DNA from: an uncultured bacterium
GTDB taxonomy: Bacteria > Oederibacteriota > PGYV01 > CAWJRG01
Assembly: GCA_963845185.1 (NCBI GenBank)
Contig: CAWJRG010000009.1
Span: 96,001 to 160,000, forward strand
Direction of reading: 5' to 3'
Length of the DNA: 64,000 bases
Within the stretch, counting starts at the first letter, position 1. Every line of letters begins with the position of its first letter. Both the position numbers and the translations under genes were made by a program. Below the pieces are notes generated by a model that made no database searches, was not told where the DNA came from, and was given only the letters and a program-made list of their open reading frames with translations. Shown piece after piece: positions 52,395 to 63,503 of the stretch.

Positions 52395-53048
52395 ATGATT
52401 AAATTCAACCATGTTTTTAAAATCTATGAGAAGAACATACAGGCACTGGAAGACATAAACTTTGAGGTCCAAAAGGGCGAGTTCGCGTTTATTACAGGCC
52501 CGTCGGGAGCGGGAAAAACAACCGTATTAAAGCTTTTATACAGGGAAGAAATCCCCGACATGGGCACGGTGCTTTTCGACAGCCAGGACACGGCGCATAT
52601 ACATAAAAGGAAACTCCCGTATTACAGAAGAAACATTGGATTTGTTTTCCAGGATTTCAAGCTGCTGTTCGACAGGACAGTTTTTGAGAATATAGCGCTG
52701 CCGCTTGTCATAACAGGGGCAAGCCGCGAGTATATAAAGAAAACAGTGGATGACTCAATAATCAGAATTGGACTGGCAGGAAAAGAAAAATTCACGCCAT
52801 GGCACCTGTCCGGGGGCGAAAAACAAAAAGTGGCGACAGCAAGGGCATTAATAACCGCACCGCCCGTAGTGCTTGCCGATGAACCAACAGGAAACCTGGA
52901 TGACGACAGCGCCAGGGAAATCATTAAAATATTTAGTGAAATAAACGAAAAGGGAACCACGGTTTTATTTGCCACACACAGCAAAGAAATAATGCAGGAG
53001 ATGGGCAAAAGGGTCATAAAATTGCGCGAAGGGAGGATAGTAGAGTAA
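52395..53048 (+). CDS. ftsE: Cell division ABC ATPase FtsE
   Basis: GPSGAGKTT, FQDFKLL, LSGGE, LADEPTGNLD; lies upstream of ftsX. Confidence 0.92.
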   Translation: MIKFNHVFKIYEKNIQALEDINFEVQKGEFAFITGPSGAGKTTVLKLLYREEIPDMGTVLFDSQDTAHIHKRKLPYYRRNIGFVFQDFKLLFDRTVFENIALPLVITGASREYIKKTVDDSIIRIGLAGKEKFTPWHLSGGEKQKVATARALITAPPVVLADEPTGNLDDDSAREIIKIFSEINEKGTTVLFATHSKEIMQEMGKRVIKLREGRIVE

Positions 53049-53923
53049 TGCTGGGAAAAGAAGTTTACCTGAATTTAAAAAGAAGCGGATTTATGAGCCT
53101 TATATCAATAGGCACGATAATAATGGCCATTGTTACACTGGGCGGTTATTATATCATCAACAGCAGCGTGAATTATTTTATATTGCATATTGAAAATAAA
53201 GTCGAGATAGTGGCATTTTTAAAGGATTCCTGCGAGAAAGGCAAGTGCGACAACATCATAACCGAATTACAGGCGATGCCGGATGTGGCAGAGGCGAAGT
53301 TTATATCAAAGGAAGACGCATACCAGCAGTTCTCAAAGGACGACGAGATAAGGAAAATACTGGACAGCATCGGCTCAAACCCGCTGCCGGATACAATAGT
53401 AGTAAGGCTGAAAAAATATACGGCAAAAATAATCAAAGACACGGTTAAATTTATTTCTTCCAAGGATGGCGTTGAAGACGTGCAGTACGGCGAAGAGGAA
53501 ATAGAGAACCTGATAAATATAATAAATGTGGTAAAAATCATCACTTTTGTGGCCGGCGTCATTTTTATATTATCGGCTTTACTGGTGGTTTCGAATATAA
53601 TCAGGCTCACGATATACGCCAGGCGCGAGGATATATACGTTTTCCAGATGGTAGGCGCGGACGATAATTTCATCCGCGCGCCTTATATCATGGAGGGCAC
53701 GCTGCACGGTTTTATAGGCGGTTTAATAGGATGGGGAGTTCTTTATATTGTGATAAACGTACTTATAAGCCGGATAAAAATGGAAACGGGCATGGATTTT
53801 TCCAAGTTTTACCTTTTTACTCCTTATTTTTTCTCCTTTAAATTCATGGTTGCCCTTGTGGCTACAGGGATGGGGCTCGGGTTCCTGGGCAGCCTGCTTT
53901 CACCGTGGAGAACCCTGAAGTGA
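53048..53923 (+). CDS. ftsX: Cell division permease FtsX
   Basis: NPLP, NIIRLTIYARREDI...VGA...FIRAP...EG. Confidence 0.92.
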   Translation: MLGKEVYLNLKRSGFMSLISIGTIIMAIVTLGGYYIINSSVNYFILHIENKVEIVAFLKDSCEKGKCDNIITELQAMPDVAEAKFISKEDAYQQFSKDDEIRKILDSIGSNPLPDTIVVRLKKYTAKIIKDTVKFISSKDGVEDVQYGEEEIENLINIINVVKIITFVAGVIFILSALLVVSNIIRLTIYARREDIYVFQMVGADDNFIRAPYIMEGTLHGFIGGLIGWGVLYIVINVLISRIKMETGMDFSKFYLFTPYFFSFKFMVALVATGMGLGFLGSLLSPWRTLK

Positions 53924-53925
53924 CA

Positions 53926-55095
53926 ATGACAAGGCGTGCGCTGGTGGCAGCTTTGTTTTTTTTAATGCTTGCTTTTACCGCATACGCGCAACCGGCAGAT
54001 ACGGCGGAAAAAAAGCAAAAAGAACTTATCAATGTAAAACAAAAAATACAAAATCAAAAAATAGTCATAACCAAGGAAAAACAGGAAGAGCAGATAACTT
54101 TCCAGCATATACAGGGGCTGGAAAAAAATCTCGATATTACACGCAAGGAAATGTCGGTATTTGAGAACAATATAAAAGTCGTTGAGCTATCCATAAAAGA
54201 CCTGGATGAAAAGATAAGGTTAAACGAAAAATTAAAAGCCGAAAAGGAAGAGGAAGTAAAAAAAGTATTAAGGGACCAATACAAAAAAGAAGGCAATAAA
54301 TATATCATGCTACTGTCTAAATCGGGAAATTTTTCCGAATTCATAGAAAGATACAAGTTTATGAAAATCTTAAGCAAAAAAAACGTAGAATTGATAGAAA
54401 CTTACGCGCAATTAATAGACGACCTGCAACAGAGCAAAAAACAGGTGCAGGATTACAGGAACGAACTTGCGGGAATAAAGCAACAAAAGGAAAAAGAACA
54501 CAAAAAATATTTAAACCAGAGCTGGGAAAAGCATGTGTTTTTAAAAAAGATAAAACAGGACATCAAAAAACGGGAACGGGCACTTACTGAGCTTGAAAAA
54601 AGCGCGAAAGGCTTAGAGACCCTGCTTGACGGCATGGAAAAAACTGCAATGGAAAGGGAATTCATCAGCAAGGGTACGGATGAAGTTTTTAAAAAATATA
54701 GAAAAAGGCTGCCATGGCCAGTAGACAGCAGCAATATTATAGTAAATTTTGGAAAATACAGGCACCCGCAGTTTAAAAGCATAGTTTATAACAGGGGCAT
54801 AGACATAGCCGCGCCTTATGGCTCGCCGGTTTATTCCATTTTTAAAGGCGTGATAAAATACGCAGATTGGTTTGAGGGCTTCGGCAAAATGGTTATAATA
54901 CATCATGGCAGCGGGTATTACACAATATACGGGCATATGTCTGATATAAGCGTAAAAGAAGGTGAGCTTGTGGACACAGGATCTGAAATAGGCAAAGTGG
55001 GGGATACTGAGTCGTTTTACGGCAATGAATTATACCTTGAGATACGCCGCGGGTCTGAGCCTGTAAATCCGCTGTTATACCTCAAAAGAAGATAG
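53926..55095 (+). CDS. envC: Murein hydrolase activator EnvC (coiled coil plus degenerate M23 domain)
   Basis: Signal peptide, long coiled coil, LPWPV, NRGIDI, YGH, LYLEIR. Confidence 0.85.
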   Translation: MTRRALVAALFFLMLAFTAYAQPADTAEKKQKELINVKQKIQNQKIVITKEKQEEQITFQHIQGLEKNLDITRKEMSVFENNIKVVELSIKDLDEKIRLNEKLKAEKEEEVKKVLRDQYKKEGNKYIMLLSKSGNFSEFIERYKFMKILSKKNVELIETYAQLIDDLQQSKKQVQDYRNELAGIKQQKEKEHKKYLNQSWEKHVFLKKIKQDIKKRERALTELEKSAKGLETLLDGMEKTAMEREFISKGTDEVFKKYRKRLPWPVDSSNIIVNFGKYRHPQFKSIVYNRGIDIAAPYGSPVYSIFKGVIKYADWFEGFGKMVIIHHGSGYYTIYGHMSDISVKEGELVDTGSEIGKVGDTESFYGNELYLEIRRGSEPVNPLLYLKRR

Positions 55096-55143
55096 GGGGT
55101 TGCAAGCAAGAACAGAGTAAGCATTCATTGTCCCAGCCTAGGC

Positions 55144-56250
55144 CTACTTTCTAACCTTATACAAAAACACGCTGCCTATGGTCAAAAACACGATATTCGA
55201 TATCCAAGCCGATAATAACGGCGATAGGACGCCGACTTTACCGGCCGACAGTCCTATTGTTATAAAACCCATGTAAAAAAATGATGTTATGACAGTAAAA
55301 ATAAAGCCCAGCGCAGCGTTGATAAAAGAACGGTGGGATGAAAACAAAAATGGAAGCGATACTCCCAGTAACGCCAGTATAAAAGTTGCAAAAGGGAAGG
55401 CGAGTTTTAAATTATAGTTTACCTCTTCCTCCCTGAAATCAAAGCCGCTCTCCTTCAATATGCTAATCAGTTTTTTCAGCCTAAAGATATTTATCGCGAG
55501 CGTGTCTTCGGGTGACCACTTATGTGCCACAAAATCAGATGGAGCGTCCACGGTATTGAGGTCGTAGGTATTAAACTGCTCGACGTGATCTTCCGTGTCG
55601 TTTTTAAAAGTCCTGAATACGCCGTTTGACAATACCCATTTGTTCGGCTGCCATTTTGCTTCCTTGGCGTCGAGCCGCTCTATGACATGCAGGTCCTTGT
55701 CTATCTTCATAATGCATATACCCCGCATTATGCCCAGCAGGCCGTCAAAATATTTTATATAGTAAACTCTGCCGTTACTGCCGAGCTTAGCGAGGTTGAA
55801 GCGTATCTCGCCTCCGGAGGCGGATTTTTTTTCTATGAGGGATTCTTTAATATAAGTTGCCTGGTCGTAAGTCATGGAAACAAAAGTTTCGTTCACAACT
55901 ATTGAGAGTATACTTATTATAAGCGAAAGTATCAGGACGGGCGCGGCGATTTTATAAAAGCTAATCCCGAGCGCTTTCATGGCAAGCAGTTCATTATGCC
56001 TGCTGAACTGGCTGAAAACGAAAAGTATTGTCAGGAGCATGGCAAAAGGTATGGATTCGGCGGCATAAAACGGAGCCTTGTAAAGGAAAAAACTCACAAT
56101 GAGCCAGACGGACGGGTTGTACTGCAGGAGCATTGGCACTTCGTCTATGAGCGTTGAAATAAGAATGAAAACCAATATGCCGACTGCTATTACAATGAAA
56201 GCTTGCAAAATCTCGCTTATTATATATTTATAAATTATTTTAAGTTTCAT
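55144..56250 (-). CDS. lptG: LPS export permease, LptG-like
   Basis: YjgP/YjgQ motifs: SRHNELLAMKALGIS, KLAFPF, AWISN. Confidence 0.85.
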   Translation of the reverse strand: MKLKIIYKYIISEILQAFIVIAVGILVFILISTLIDEVPMLLQYNPSVWLIVSFFLYKAPFYAAESIPFAMLLTILFVFSQFSRHNELLAMKALGISFYKIAAPVLILSLIISILSIVVNETFVSMTYDQATYIKESLIEKKSASGGEIRFNLAKLGSNGRVYYIKYFDGLLGIMRGICIMKIDKDLHVIERLDAKEAKWQPNKWVLSNGVFRTFKNDTEDHVEQFNTYDLNTVDAPSDFVAHKWSPEDTLAINIFRLKKLISILKESGFDFREEEVNYNLKLAFPFATFILALLGVSLPFLFSSHRSFINAALGFIFTVITSFFYMGFITIGLSAGKVGVLSPLLSAWISNIVFLTIGSVFLYKVRK

Positions 56251-57407
56251 GCGGTTTTACCGGGTTTATTAAGATTTTTCCGGCGTATTGCCGGGAAAAT
56301 AACCGGGACATAAAACACAAGCCCCAGGGCTCCAATGACGATGTTGGGAAGCCATACTGCAAGAAAATGGTTCATTTTACCGCTGTAACCGTAAGACTGC
56401 CCGATGGAAAGCAAAATATAATAAATAAATATCAGCACAAGGGAAATACTTATACCGGTTATCCTGCCGCCCTTGCGTGCTACAAGGCCTATTGGAATGC
56501 CGATAATGGCAAAAATAAACGTTGCAAAAGGGATAGATAGTTTTTTGTGAAGTTCCACAAGCAGGTTGTTCCTGTCATGCTTGCTGTCTTTTCCTTTTTT
56601 GAGCTCGGCTAAAAGTTCTTCGGCGGTCATCTCTCTCGCGCCTTTAAAATCCTGCTCGTTTTGGCGAGCCTGCAGTACGCCTTTTATATCGAGGTCCACA
56701 TAATTAGTGCCGAAAGCTATCTCGTTCATTTTAAGCGGCGTGGCATAGGAGCTTACCTGTATGGTACCGTCCATTAATTTCAAAGCAACCCTAAGGCTTT
56801 TTTCATCCGATATAAACTGCCCTGTTTTGGCAAATATTATCTTTGTGGGATCCTTTTCATCATTTTGGCCCTTCACAAAAACAATTATATCTTTTAATAA
56901 ATCATTCTTGCTGTCTTTTGAGCCTATGTAAAATATATAGTTGTCGAAATCGTTTATAAAGGTGTGCTCCTGAATCATAATGCTTGAGCGTTTTTTTACT
57001 ATTTCGTAATACACTTTCTGGTAGGTAAGATTCGCGTAGGACAATACATAATTGTTAAAAAGAACCATTACCATGGTGATAACAAGGGAAAGTATTATTC
57101 CGGGTTTTGCTATTGTAGAAACGCTTATACCGTTTGCCTGCATGCCGTTGAATTCATTGTCCTGCACAAGCCGGGAATAAGTCAGCAGGACTCCCATTAA
57201 AACCGCCATGGGCACGGTAACGGCGACGGTAGACGGCAGCAGCAGAAGCAGCAGTTTGGTCACGTTTAAAAGGTCCACGCCGTATTTTATCAAAAGGTCG
57301 CTCATTACAAACAGGGAATTCATTATAAGAAAGAATGTTAATATAAAAAATCCGATTGCAGAAACCAACAGCACCTCTTTTGCTATGTATTTATGGATAA
57401 TTTTCAT
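56247..57407 (-). CDS. lptF: LPS export permease, LptF-like
   Basis: SRLVQDNE...ANGIS, ELHKKLSIP, VWLPN. Confidence 0.85.
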   Translation of the reverse strand: MKIIHKYIAKEVLLVSAIGFFILTFFLIMNSLFVMSDLLIKYGVDLLNVTKLLLLLLPSTVAVTVPMAVLMGVLLTYSRLVQDNEFNGMQANGISVSTIAKPGIILSLVITMVMVLFNNYVLSYANLTYQKVYYEIVKKRSSIMIQEHTFINDFDNYIFYIGSKDSKNDLLKDIIVFVKGQNDEKDPTKIIFAKTGQFISDEKSLRVALKLMDGTIQVSSYATPLKMNEIAFGTNYVDLDIKGVLQARQNEQDFKGAREMTAEELLAELKKGKDSKHDRNNLLVELHKKLSIPFATFIFAIIGIPIGLVARKGGRITGISISLVLIFIYYILLSIGQSYGYSGKMNHFLAVWLPNIVIGALGLVFYVPVIFPAIRRKNLNKPGKTA

Positions 57408-57468
57408 TTTCCGTTTCCTTGCAGTTATTATATTCCGAATTGAAACATTGTTGAATCTAAAACAAAAA

Positions 57469-58938
57469 TTATTGCTTCGGCTGTGATGCCTGACTGCCCA
57501 AATAATCGCGGTCAAAATCAACATAAAATGTGTTTGTTAACTTATTATTCCTTTTTATTTCTATTTTGTCAACTATATCCGAGGACTTGAAAAATTTTCG
57601 CATTTCGTCATGTTCCCAATACTCCTGGTAAACATAAATACAGTTAAAATCAGGTATTTTTTTATAACTGTCCCAGAATCTGTAATTTTTATTTGATTCA
57701 TGCGGGACGAGAATATATACCTGAGGTTGACCTGGCAGATAAAAAGCCAGCGCACTTGCTATCTGATAGTGCCTGGCCGCAAAAAAGACGACGCCTTTAT
57801 CCTTATACCTGCTATAAATAAGGTTTACTTTTTCCGATAAATCTTTATACCCGTAAAATTTTCCTGTCATATCTGCTTTTTCAGGCAGGGGGATTACAGG
57901 GTATATTACCTGAGTATGTATTATCAGCAAAATAAAGAAGCCGGCACCATAAATAAAGTGCTTAACCCAGGATTTTTTTTTCATAATATAGTTCGTGGTC
58001 GTAAAAAACAGAGGAAAGAAAGCAAAAGCAGGCCAGTTTGCTTCTACCCTGCTTTTGAAACTTAATATAATAAAAGGAAGCATAGAGACTATGAAAAATA
58101 TTGAAAGCATATAATAGGGATTAAACCCGCGGTTTTTAAGATTTTTTACCAGTGATATGCCGAAAAAAGGAATCAGGAATATAGAAACCAGCACGAGCTG
58201 GCTTCCAATAAGCTCAAAAAAATATTTGAGATTAAGCAGTGATTTTGAGCCTGACTGGCTACGCAAAATAAGAAAATTCAAGGTCGCAAAATTATGATTT
58301 AAATTCCAGTAAATCACGGGTGACAGTGCCAGCAAAAAGAAAAGAGAGAAAAAAACAGGCCCTTTTATATATTTTTTATTAAACCCTGAACAAAAAAGGA
58401 AAATCAGCACTGCGGGATATATAATGCCGAGAGTGTATTTGCTCATGACTCCAATGGCCAAGATAATTCCTGCGTGAACCCAGCGTGCGTTATTGCCCGG
58501 ATCTTCCAGCACTCGAAGCATTTGATAAATAAAAAACGCGAAAAAAAATATCATTACTGTGTCGTGCATCATCAATACCGAGCCTGCGGAATAGATTATT
58601 GCCGAGTTCATAAACAGCAGGTTGAAAAAGTTTTCTTTTTTGGTTTTGTCTTCAGGGTACAGTTTGCTATATATAAGCACGGAAAGTATCATTGTTAAAA
58701 GTGATAATACGACGGTGCCGAGCCTGACCGTGAACGGCGTGTTTATCCGGGTAAAAAGCGTAAAAATAAATATTACCAGGGCAATTATCGGGCCCTGTTC
58801 ATAATAGCCTAAATCAAGGTGCCTTGCCCATTGCCAATAGTACGCCTCATCAGGCAGTAGGGGAAAAAGGTTGATATACACAAGCCTGAGAACCGTAATT
58901 GATGCTATGAAAACAAATATCGCTTTTTTGTAATTCAT
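57469..58938 (-). CDS. GT39/ArnT-like (PMT_2) membrane glycosyltransferase
   Basis: PDEAYYWQWARHLDLGYY, SKYT, PVIYWN, EANWP. Confidence 0.87.
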   Translation of the reverse strand: MNYKKAIFVFIASITVLRLVYINLFPLLPDEAYYWQWARHLDLGYYEQGPIIALVIFIFTLFTRINTPFTVRLGTVVLSLLTMILSVLIYSKLYPEDKTKKENFFNLLFMNSAIIYSAGSVLMMHDTVMIFFFAFFIYQMLRVLEDPGNNARWVHAGIILAIGVMSKYTLGIIYPAVLIFLFCSGFNKKYIKGPVFFSLFFLLALSPVIYWNLNHNFATLNFLILRSQSGSKSLLNLKYFFELIGSQLVLVSIFLIPFFGISLVKNLKNRGFNPYYMLSIFFIVSMLPFIILSFKSRVEANWPAFAFFPLFFTTTNYIMKKKSWVKHFIYGAGFFILLIIHTQVIYPVIPLPEKADMTGKFYGYKDLSEKVNLIYSRYKDKGVVFFAARHYQIASALAFYLPGQPQVYILVPHESNKNYRFWDSYKKIPDFNCIYVYQEYWEHDEMRKFFKSSDIVDKIEIKRNNKLTNTFYVDFDRDYLGSQASQPKQ

Positions 58939-59088
58939 TTTTACCTCGGAATAATATTATGGTGATATTAATAATAAAACAATATCAATAAGATAACAAT
59001 AGAAAAACACTCTTAATATTCAGGCTAAAAATTATCAGTTTTAAAGAATAGTTAAGCTGTTTATTGTATATAGACGCTATTTTATATG

Positions 59089-59117
59089 TTGAAACAGACA
59101 ATAATATATGGTATAAT
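59089..59117 (+). promoter_or_regulatory. sigma70-type promoter with extended -10
   Basis: TTGAAA-17 bp-(TG.)TATAAT. Confidence 0.65.
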
Positions 59118-59237
59118 TATGCTATATTAAAACGTTTTCGGGCTATTTGTATCGTTAAAATATAATGAAACTTTTTCATATTTTAGTTGTCTAAATATAT
59201 GTAGAAAAGAGATTTAATAAGATTCCAGGTGATCACT

Positions 59238-62200
59238 ATGAAGAAAAATATAAATTCATCTCTAAAGTTTTTAATAATAACCTTCATAGTATTATCATGC
59301 TTATTTTTAATAAATACCAAATATTTGTTTGCCGCACCGCCGCAACTTGAGATATCAGGGACTAGAATCGTCAGAGTAAGCGATGGCTGCGCAGTAAGGT
59401 TGGTAGGCGTGGATATATGCGGTCTTGAATGGGAGGAAAATGGTATGGGGCCGCCCAACGGCGCTGGCGGGGATATGACGCAGTCAATTACCGTTGCTGT
59501 CAATACATGGAAATGCAATATAGTGCGAATACCATTAGACCAGGATTTCTGGTTTGGCTATGATAACGGCACATCTTCTTCTTCAACAACACAGAATACA
59601 ACTTACGAGAGTAATTATAGAACTTATGTTACCAATGTGGTCAACGCGGCGTCGAACCTTAATTGTTATGCCGAACTTGATTTGCACTGGTCCGGCACCG
59701 GGTCGTGGGGGTCGTCTGTGGGTGCAGCACAACAGACTATGCCTGACAATAATTCTACAGCTTTCTGGGCAAGCGTTGCCGCGACATTTGCAAACAACCC
59801 GGCCGTTGTGTTTGACCTCTACAATGAGCCATATACTGCAAATGGCGTGACATGGACTACCTGGCAAAATGGCGGCTCAGCAGGGTCATTTAATACTCCG
59901 GGGTTCCAGTCTCTGGTACAGACTGTCAGGGATACCGGAGCAAAGAATGTAATCATAGTTGGCGGATTGGCCTATTCATACGATATGACAGGAATAGCAG
60001 GGCATGCACTTGTGGACAGAAACACAGGCAACACATTAAGCGGATACGGCATTATGTACGACGCGCATATATACGACAATAAGTCGGTCAACAACGCGAC
60101 TGGCTGGGATTCAAGTGTATCAATGTTGGTTCAATCAGGATACTGCGTAATGATAGGTGAATTTGGGCCTATGACAGACGGAAGCCAGGACAGTGGCACT
60201 GCATGCAATCCTTTTGAGTCGAGTCTAATTACATGGATAAACGGTTCAAACGCCGCGAATTATGATTATTCGGCTATGGGCTGGTGTTTTAATGATTCTG
60301 CCACTCCAAAACTGATATCAGACTGGAATTTTACAGCCACTACATGTCATGGTACCGATGTAAAGAACTGGCTTGCTGCAATAACGCAACCAACCTGCGG
60401 GCCAGCTTCGTCTCCAACAAACACTCCGAACATTACGCGTACTTTTACGCAGAGCCCCACACTGACTCAGACACCTACACTTACAAGAACATCAACATTG
60501 ACAGCAACCAGGACTTTTACGCCGACATTCACAGATACTTTTACTTTAACCATAACACCAACAGTTACTTATACGGCAACAAGGACAACAACACCAATAG
60601 CGACGATGACAATCACATCAACATGGACACCTACTGCAACAGGCACATTGACGGTAACAAGGACAAATACAGGAACATATACAGTTACTGGTACAAATAC
60701 ACCTTTGCCTACAGCAACTTTAACAGCGACAGCGACATACACGCAAACTCACACAGTTACATTGACTTGGACTAGTACGTTACAGAACACTATAACTTTG
60801 ACGGCGACAGGTACAAATACGCTATTGCCTACGTCAACAAGGACAAATACCGGCACATATACAATAACAGGCACAAATACGCTATTGCCAACAGCAACAA
60901 ATACAGCAACTCCTTCCTTAACGGCAATACGCACAAATACATCAACCCCGACTTTTACTACAACATCAACGTCGACATATACAGTTACATTAACTTGGAC
61001 AAGCACGCTGCAGAATACGGCAACTTTAACGGCAACACGCACAAATACCTTAACGCCAACATTTACTACGACGCCTACACCGACATATACAGTTTTATTA
61101 ACTTGGACAAGCACACTGCAAAACACGGCAACTTTAACAGCGACAGGCACAAGTACTACGACAAGGACGCCCACGCCGACGTATACAGTTTCATTAACTT
61201 GGACAAGTACACTGCAAAACACGGCAACTTTAACAGCGACAGGCACAAGTACTACGACAAGGACGCCTACACCTACGTATACAGTTACACTAACTTGGAC
61301 AAGCACACTGCAAAACACGGCAACTTTAACGGCAACAGGCACAAGCACTACGACAAGGACGCCCACGTATACAGTTACACTGACTTTTACATCGTCGGTT
61401 ACACCGACAAATACCAATTCACCTGTGGTGTCACCTACACCTACATTTACTAATATAGTTTTTACATGGACAATAACACAGACATTTACTATATCACCGA
61501 CAATAACAATGACAAATACACCTCTGCCGACTGGAACAAATACGGGGACACCTACGTTTACTACAACAAGGACAAACACAGAAACATCAACTTTTACTAT
61601 GACACATACGCCAACATATACAGCAACTCTGACTTGGACAAGCACAGCACAGAACACAGTAACTTTAACAGCGACGGGAACAAATACAGGGACACCTACG
61701 TTTACGGCAACAAGAACAAACACAGAAACATCAACTTTCACTATGACACATACACCAACATATACAGCAACTCTGACGTGGACAAGCACAGCACAGAATA
61801 CGGCGACTTTAACAGCAACAGATACAAATACACCGTTACCGACAAGCACAAGCACAAACACAACGACACCTACTTTTACAGCTACGAGGACAAACACAGC
61901 GACTGATACTCCGACAAACACGCCTTCATATACAGTAACATTGACTTATACATTGACGGTTACATTAACATTTACCAATTCGCCGGTGGTATCACCTACG
62001 CCGACATTTACTAATATAATATTCACGTGGACGATTACGCAAACATTTACGATATCACAGACAATAACAATTACAAACACTCCTACGCATACACCGAGCG
62101 ATACTCCAACAAATACACTTACTAATACAGAAACAAACACACCGGTAAATACAGCGACAAATACGCTTGTTAATACAAGGACAAACACGCCAGTAAATAC

Positions 62201-63311
62201 AGCAACTGATACACCAATTAATACAGAGACAAATACACCGGTTAATACTGCGACAGATACACCGATTAATACAGCGACAGACACACCGGTTGATACAGCA
62301 ACAGACACGCCGGTTGTGTCAGAAACACCGACTTATACAGCGACAATTTTTACGCCGACAATTTCACCGACATCGACCATAACGCCGACAATAACATTGA
62401 CAGATACGCCTTCAATAACTAATACAGTAACGTCTACTGCAACAGAAACAGAGACTTGGACAAATACATTATTACCTACACTTACAAATACGCCACAGAA
62501 TACCGCAACAAGCACAGTAACGCCTACTGTAGGAGCAAATCTTGTAGCGGCTATTACTATTTCACCAGGGAGTGCAATGATAGGGCAGGATATAACAGTA
62601 ATAATGCAGGTAGTAAATACAGGGACAAATGGCGTGGATAACTTGCAACCTTCAGCGCTGGCTCAAACAGGCGGTGGAACAGCTGTCCTTGTAAGTGGGC
62701 CCATGCCTGCAAGCACTGCAATAGTTTCAGATTCATCAGGATCATTTACGTGGGTATATACAGTGACTTCCGTGGCAGGAAATATAGCATTCAGCGGGTC
62801 GGCAAGCGGCACAGACGCGATAAACGGCACAATAGTATCAACTGCGATAGTGACCAGCAATCCATTAATATGCGTTACAGCCACAGCAACAATAGCAAAT
62901 TCAATTACAATTACCGTAACGCCGACATATACAATAACGCCTAGTATTACGACAACAAATCCAGTTGCGACAGCCAGCTTTACACCGACAAACCAGGTTC
63001 CTGTTTTCACTGCTACAGCCACATATGTAATTACTACGCAGCCGCCAGGGCTGCCAAGGATATATCCAAATCCAGTGAAAGACAGGTTTAGATATGTATT
63101 TCCCCTGACGGAAGATGCAGATATAGAAATAACTATATATACAGCGTCATACAGGTTGATAGCAAGATTTGACCAGAGACAGAGCGCAGGGTTAAACACT
63201 ATTGTAATTGACACACAAGGCATGGCAAACGGAACATATTTTATTGTATATAAGCAAAAAGGGCAGACAACAAATACAAAGAGAATTGATAAATTTATTG
63301 TATTAAAATAA
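59238..63311 (+). CDS. Secreted GH5 endoglucanase with very long Thr-alternating linker, Ig-like domain and T9SS-A-like C-terminal domain
   Basis: NIVRIPL, DLHW, FDLYNEP (acid/base), HIY, IGEFG (nucleophile); C-terminus IYPNP...ANGTYF...KFIVLK. Confidence 0.9.
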   Translation: MKKNINSSLKFLIITFIVLSCLFLINTKYLFAAPPQLEISGTRIVRVSDGCAVRLVGVDICGLEWEENGMGPPNGAGGDMTQSITVAVNTWKCNIVRIPLDQDFWFGYDNGTSSSSTTQNTTYESNYRTYVTNVVNAASNLNCYAELDLHWSGTGSWGSSVGAAQQTMPDNNSTAFWASVAATFANNPAVVFDLYNEPYTANGVTWTTWQNGGSAGSFNTPGFQSLVQTVRDTGAKNVIIVGGLAYSYDMTGIAGHALVDRNTGNTLSGYGIMYDAHIYDNKSVNNATGWDSSVSMLVQSGYCVMIGEFGPMTDGSQDSGTACNPFESSLITWINGSNAANYDYSAMGWCFNDSATPKLISDWNFTATTCHGTDVKNWLAAITQPTCGPASSPTNTPNITRTFTQSPTLTQTPTLTRTSTLTATRTFTPTFTDTFTLTITPTVTYTATRTTTPIATMTITSTWTPTATGTLTVTRTNTGTYTVTGTNTPLPTATLTATATYTQTHTVTLTWTSTLQNTITLTATGTNTLLPTSTRTNTGTYTITGTNTLLPTATNTATPSLTAIRTNTSTPTFTTTSTSTYTVTLTWTSTLQNTATLTATRTNTLTPTFTTTPTPTYTVLLTWTSTLQNTATLTATGTSTTTRTPTPTYTVSLTWTSTLQNTATLTATGTSTTTRTPTPTYTVTLTWTSTLQNTATLTATGTSTTTRTPTYTVTLTFTSSVTPTNTNSPVVSPTPTFTNIVFTWTITQTFTISPTITMTNTPLPTGTNTGTPTFTTTRTNTETSTFTMTHTPTYTATLTWTSTAQNTVTLTATGTNTGTPTFTATRTNTETSTFTMTHTPTYTATLTWTSTAQNTATLTATDTNTPLPTSTSTNTTTPTFTATRTNTATDTPTNTPSYTVTLTYTLTVTLTFTNSPVVSPTPTFTNIIFTWTITQTFTISQTITITNTPTHTPSDTPTNTLTNTETNTPVNTATNTLVNTRTNTPVNTATDTPINTETNTPVNTATDTPINTATDTPVDTATDTPVVSETPTYTATIFTPTISPTSTITPTITLTDTPSITNTVTSTATETETWTNTLLPTLTNTPQNTATSTVTPTVGANLVAAITISPGSAMIGQDITVIMQVVNTGTNGVDNLQPSALAQTGGGTAVLVSGPMPASTAIVSDSSGSFTWVYTVTSVAGNIAFSGSASGTDAINGTIVSTAIVTSNPLICVTATATIANSITITVTPTYTITPSITTTNPVATASFTPTNQVPVFTATATYVITTQPPGLPRIYPNPVKDRFRYVFPLTEDADIEITIYTASYRLIARFDQRQSAGLNTIVIDTQGMANGTYFIVYKQKGQTTNTKRIDKFIVLK
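60410..62530 (+). repeat. Low-complexity Thr-X repeats with 96-bp and larger nested duplications
   Basis: TWTSTLQNTATLTAT units (ACTTGGACAAG at 61101 and 61197) and 8-aa NTATDTP units. Confidence 0.9.
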
Positions 63312-63411
63312 AGACAAGAAATTTCATATAATATCATTATTGAAAATTGTCAAGATTTATGATTCTACTCTAAATTATCCGATTTTACATTACGAAAAAC
63401 AGTTCTGATAT

Positions 63412-63440
63412 TTGACAAATACTATTTTTTGATATATAAT
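63412..63440 (+). promoter_or_regulatory. sigma70-type promoter
   Basis: TTGACA-17 bp-TATAAT perfect consensus. Confidence 0.85.
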
Positions 63441-63503
63441 TATAATAGAATTAAGAAGTTTAATAAACAATTAACTTAAAAACATTGACGAAAGGGAAGA
63501 AAA

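Noticed and set aside
60749..62308. Long Val-rich minus-strand ORFs (also 1197-1565, 26554-27042, 46567-47625)
   Set aside because: Antisense shadows of low-complexity or ordinary coding genes.
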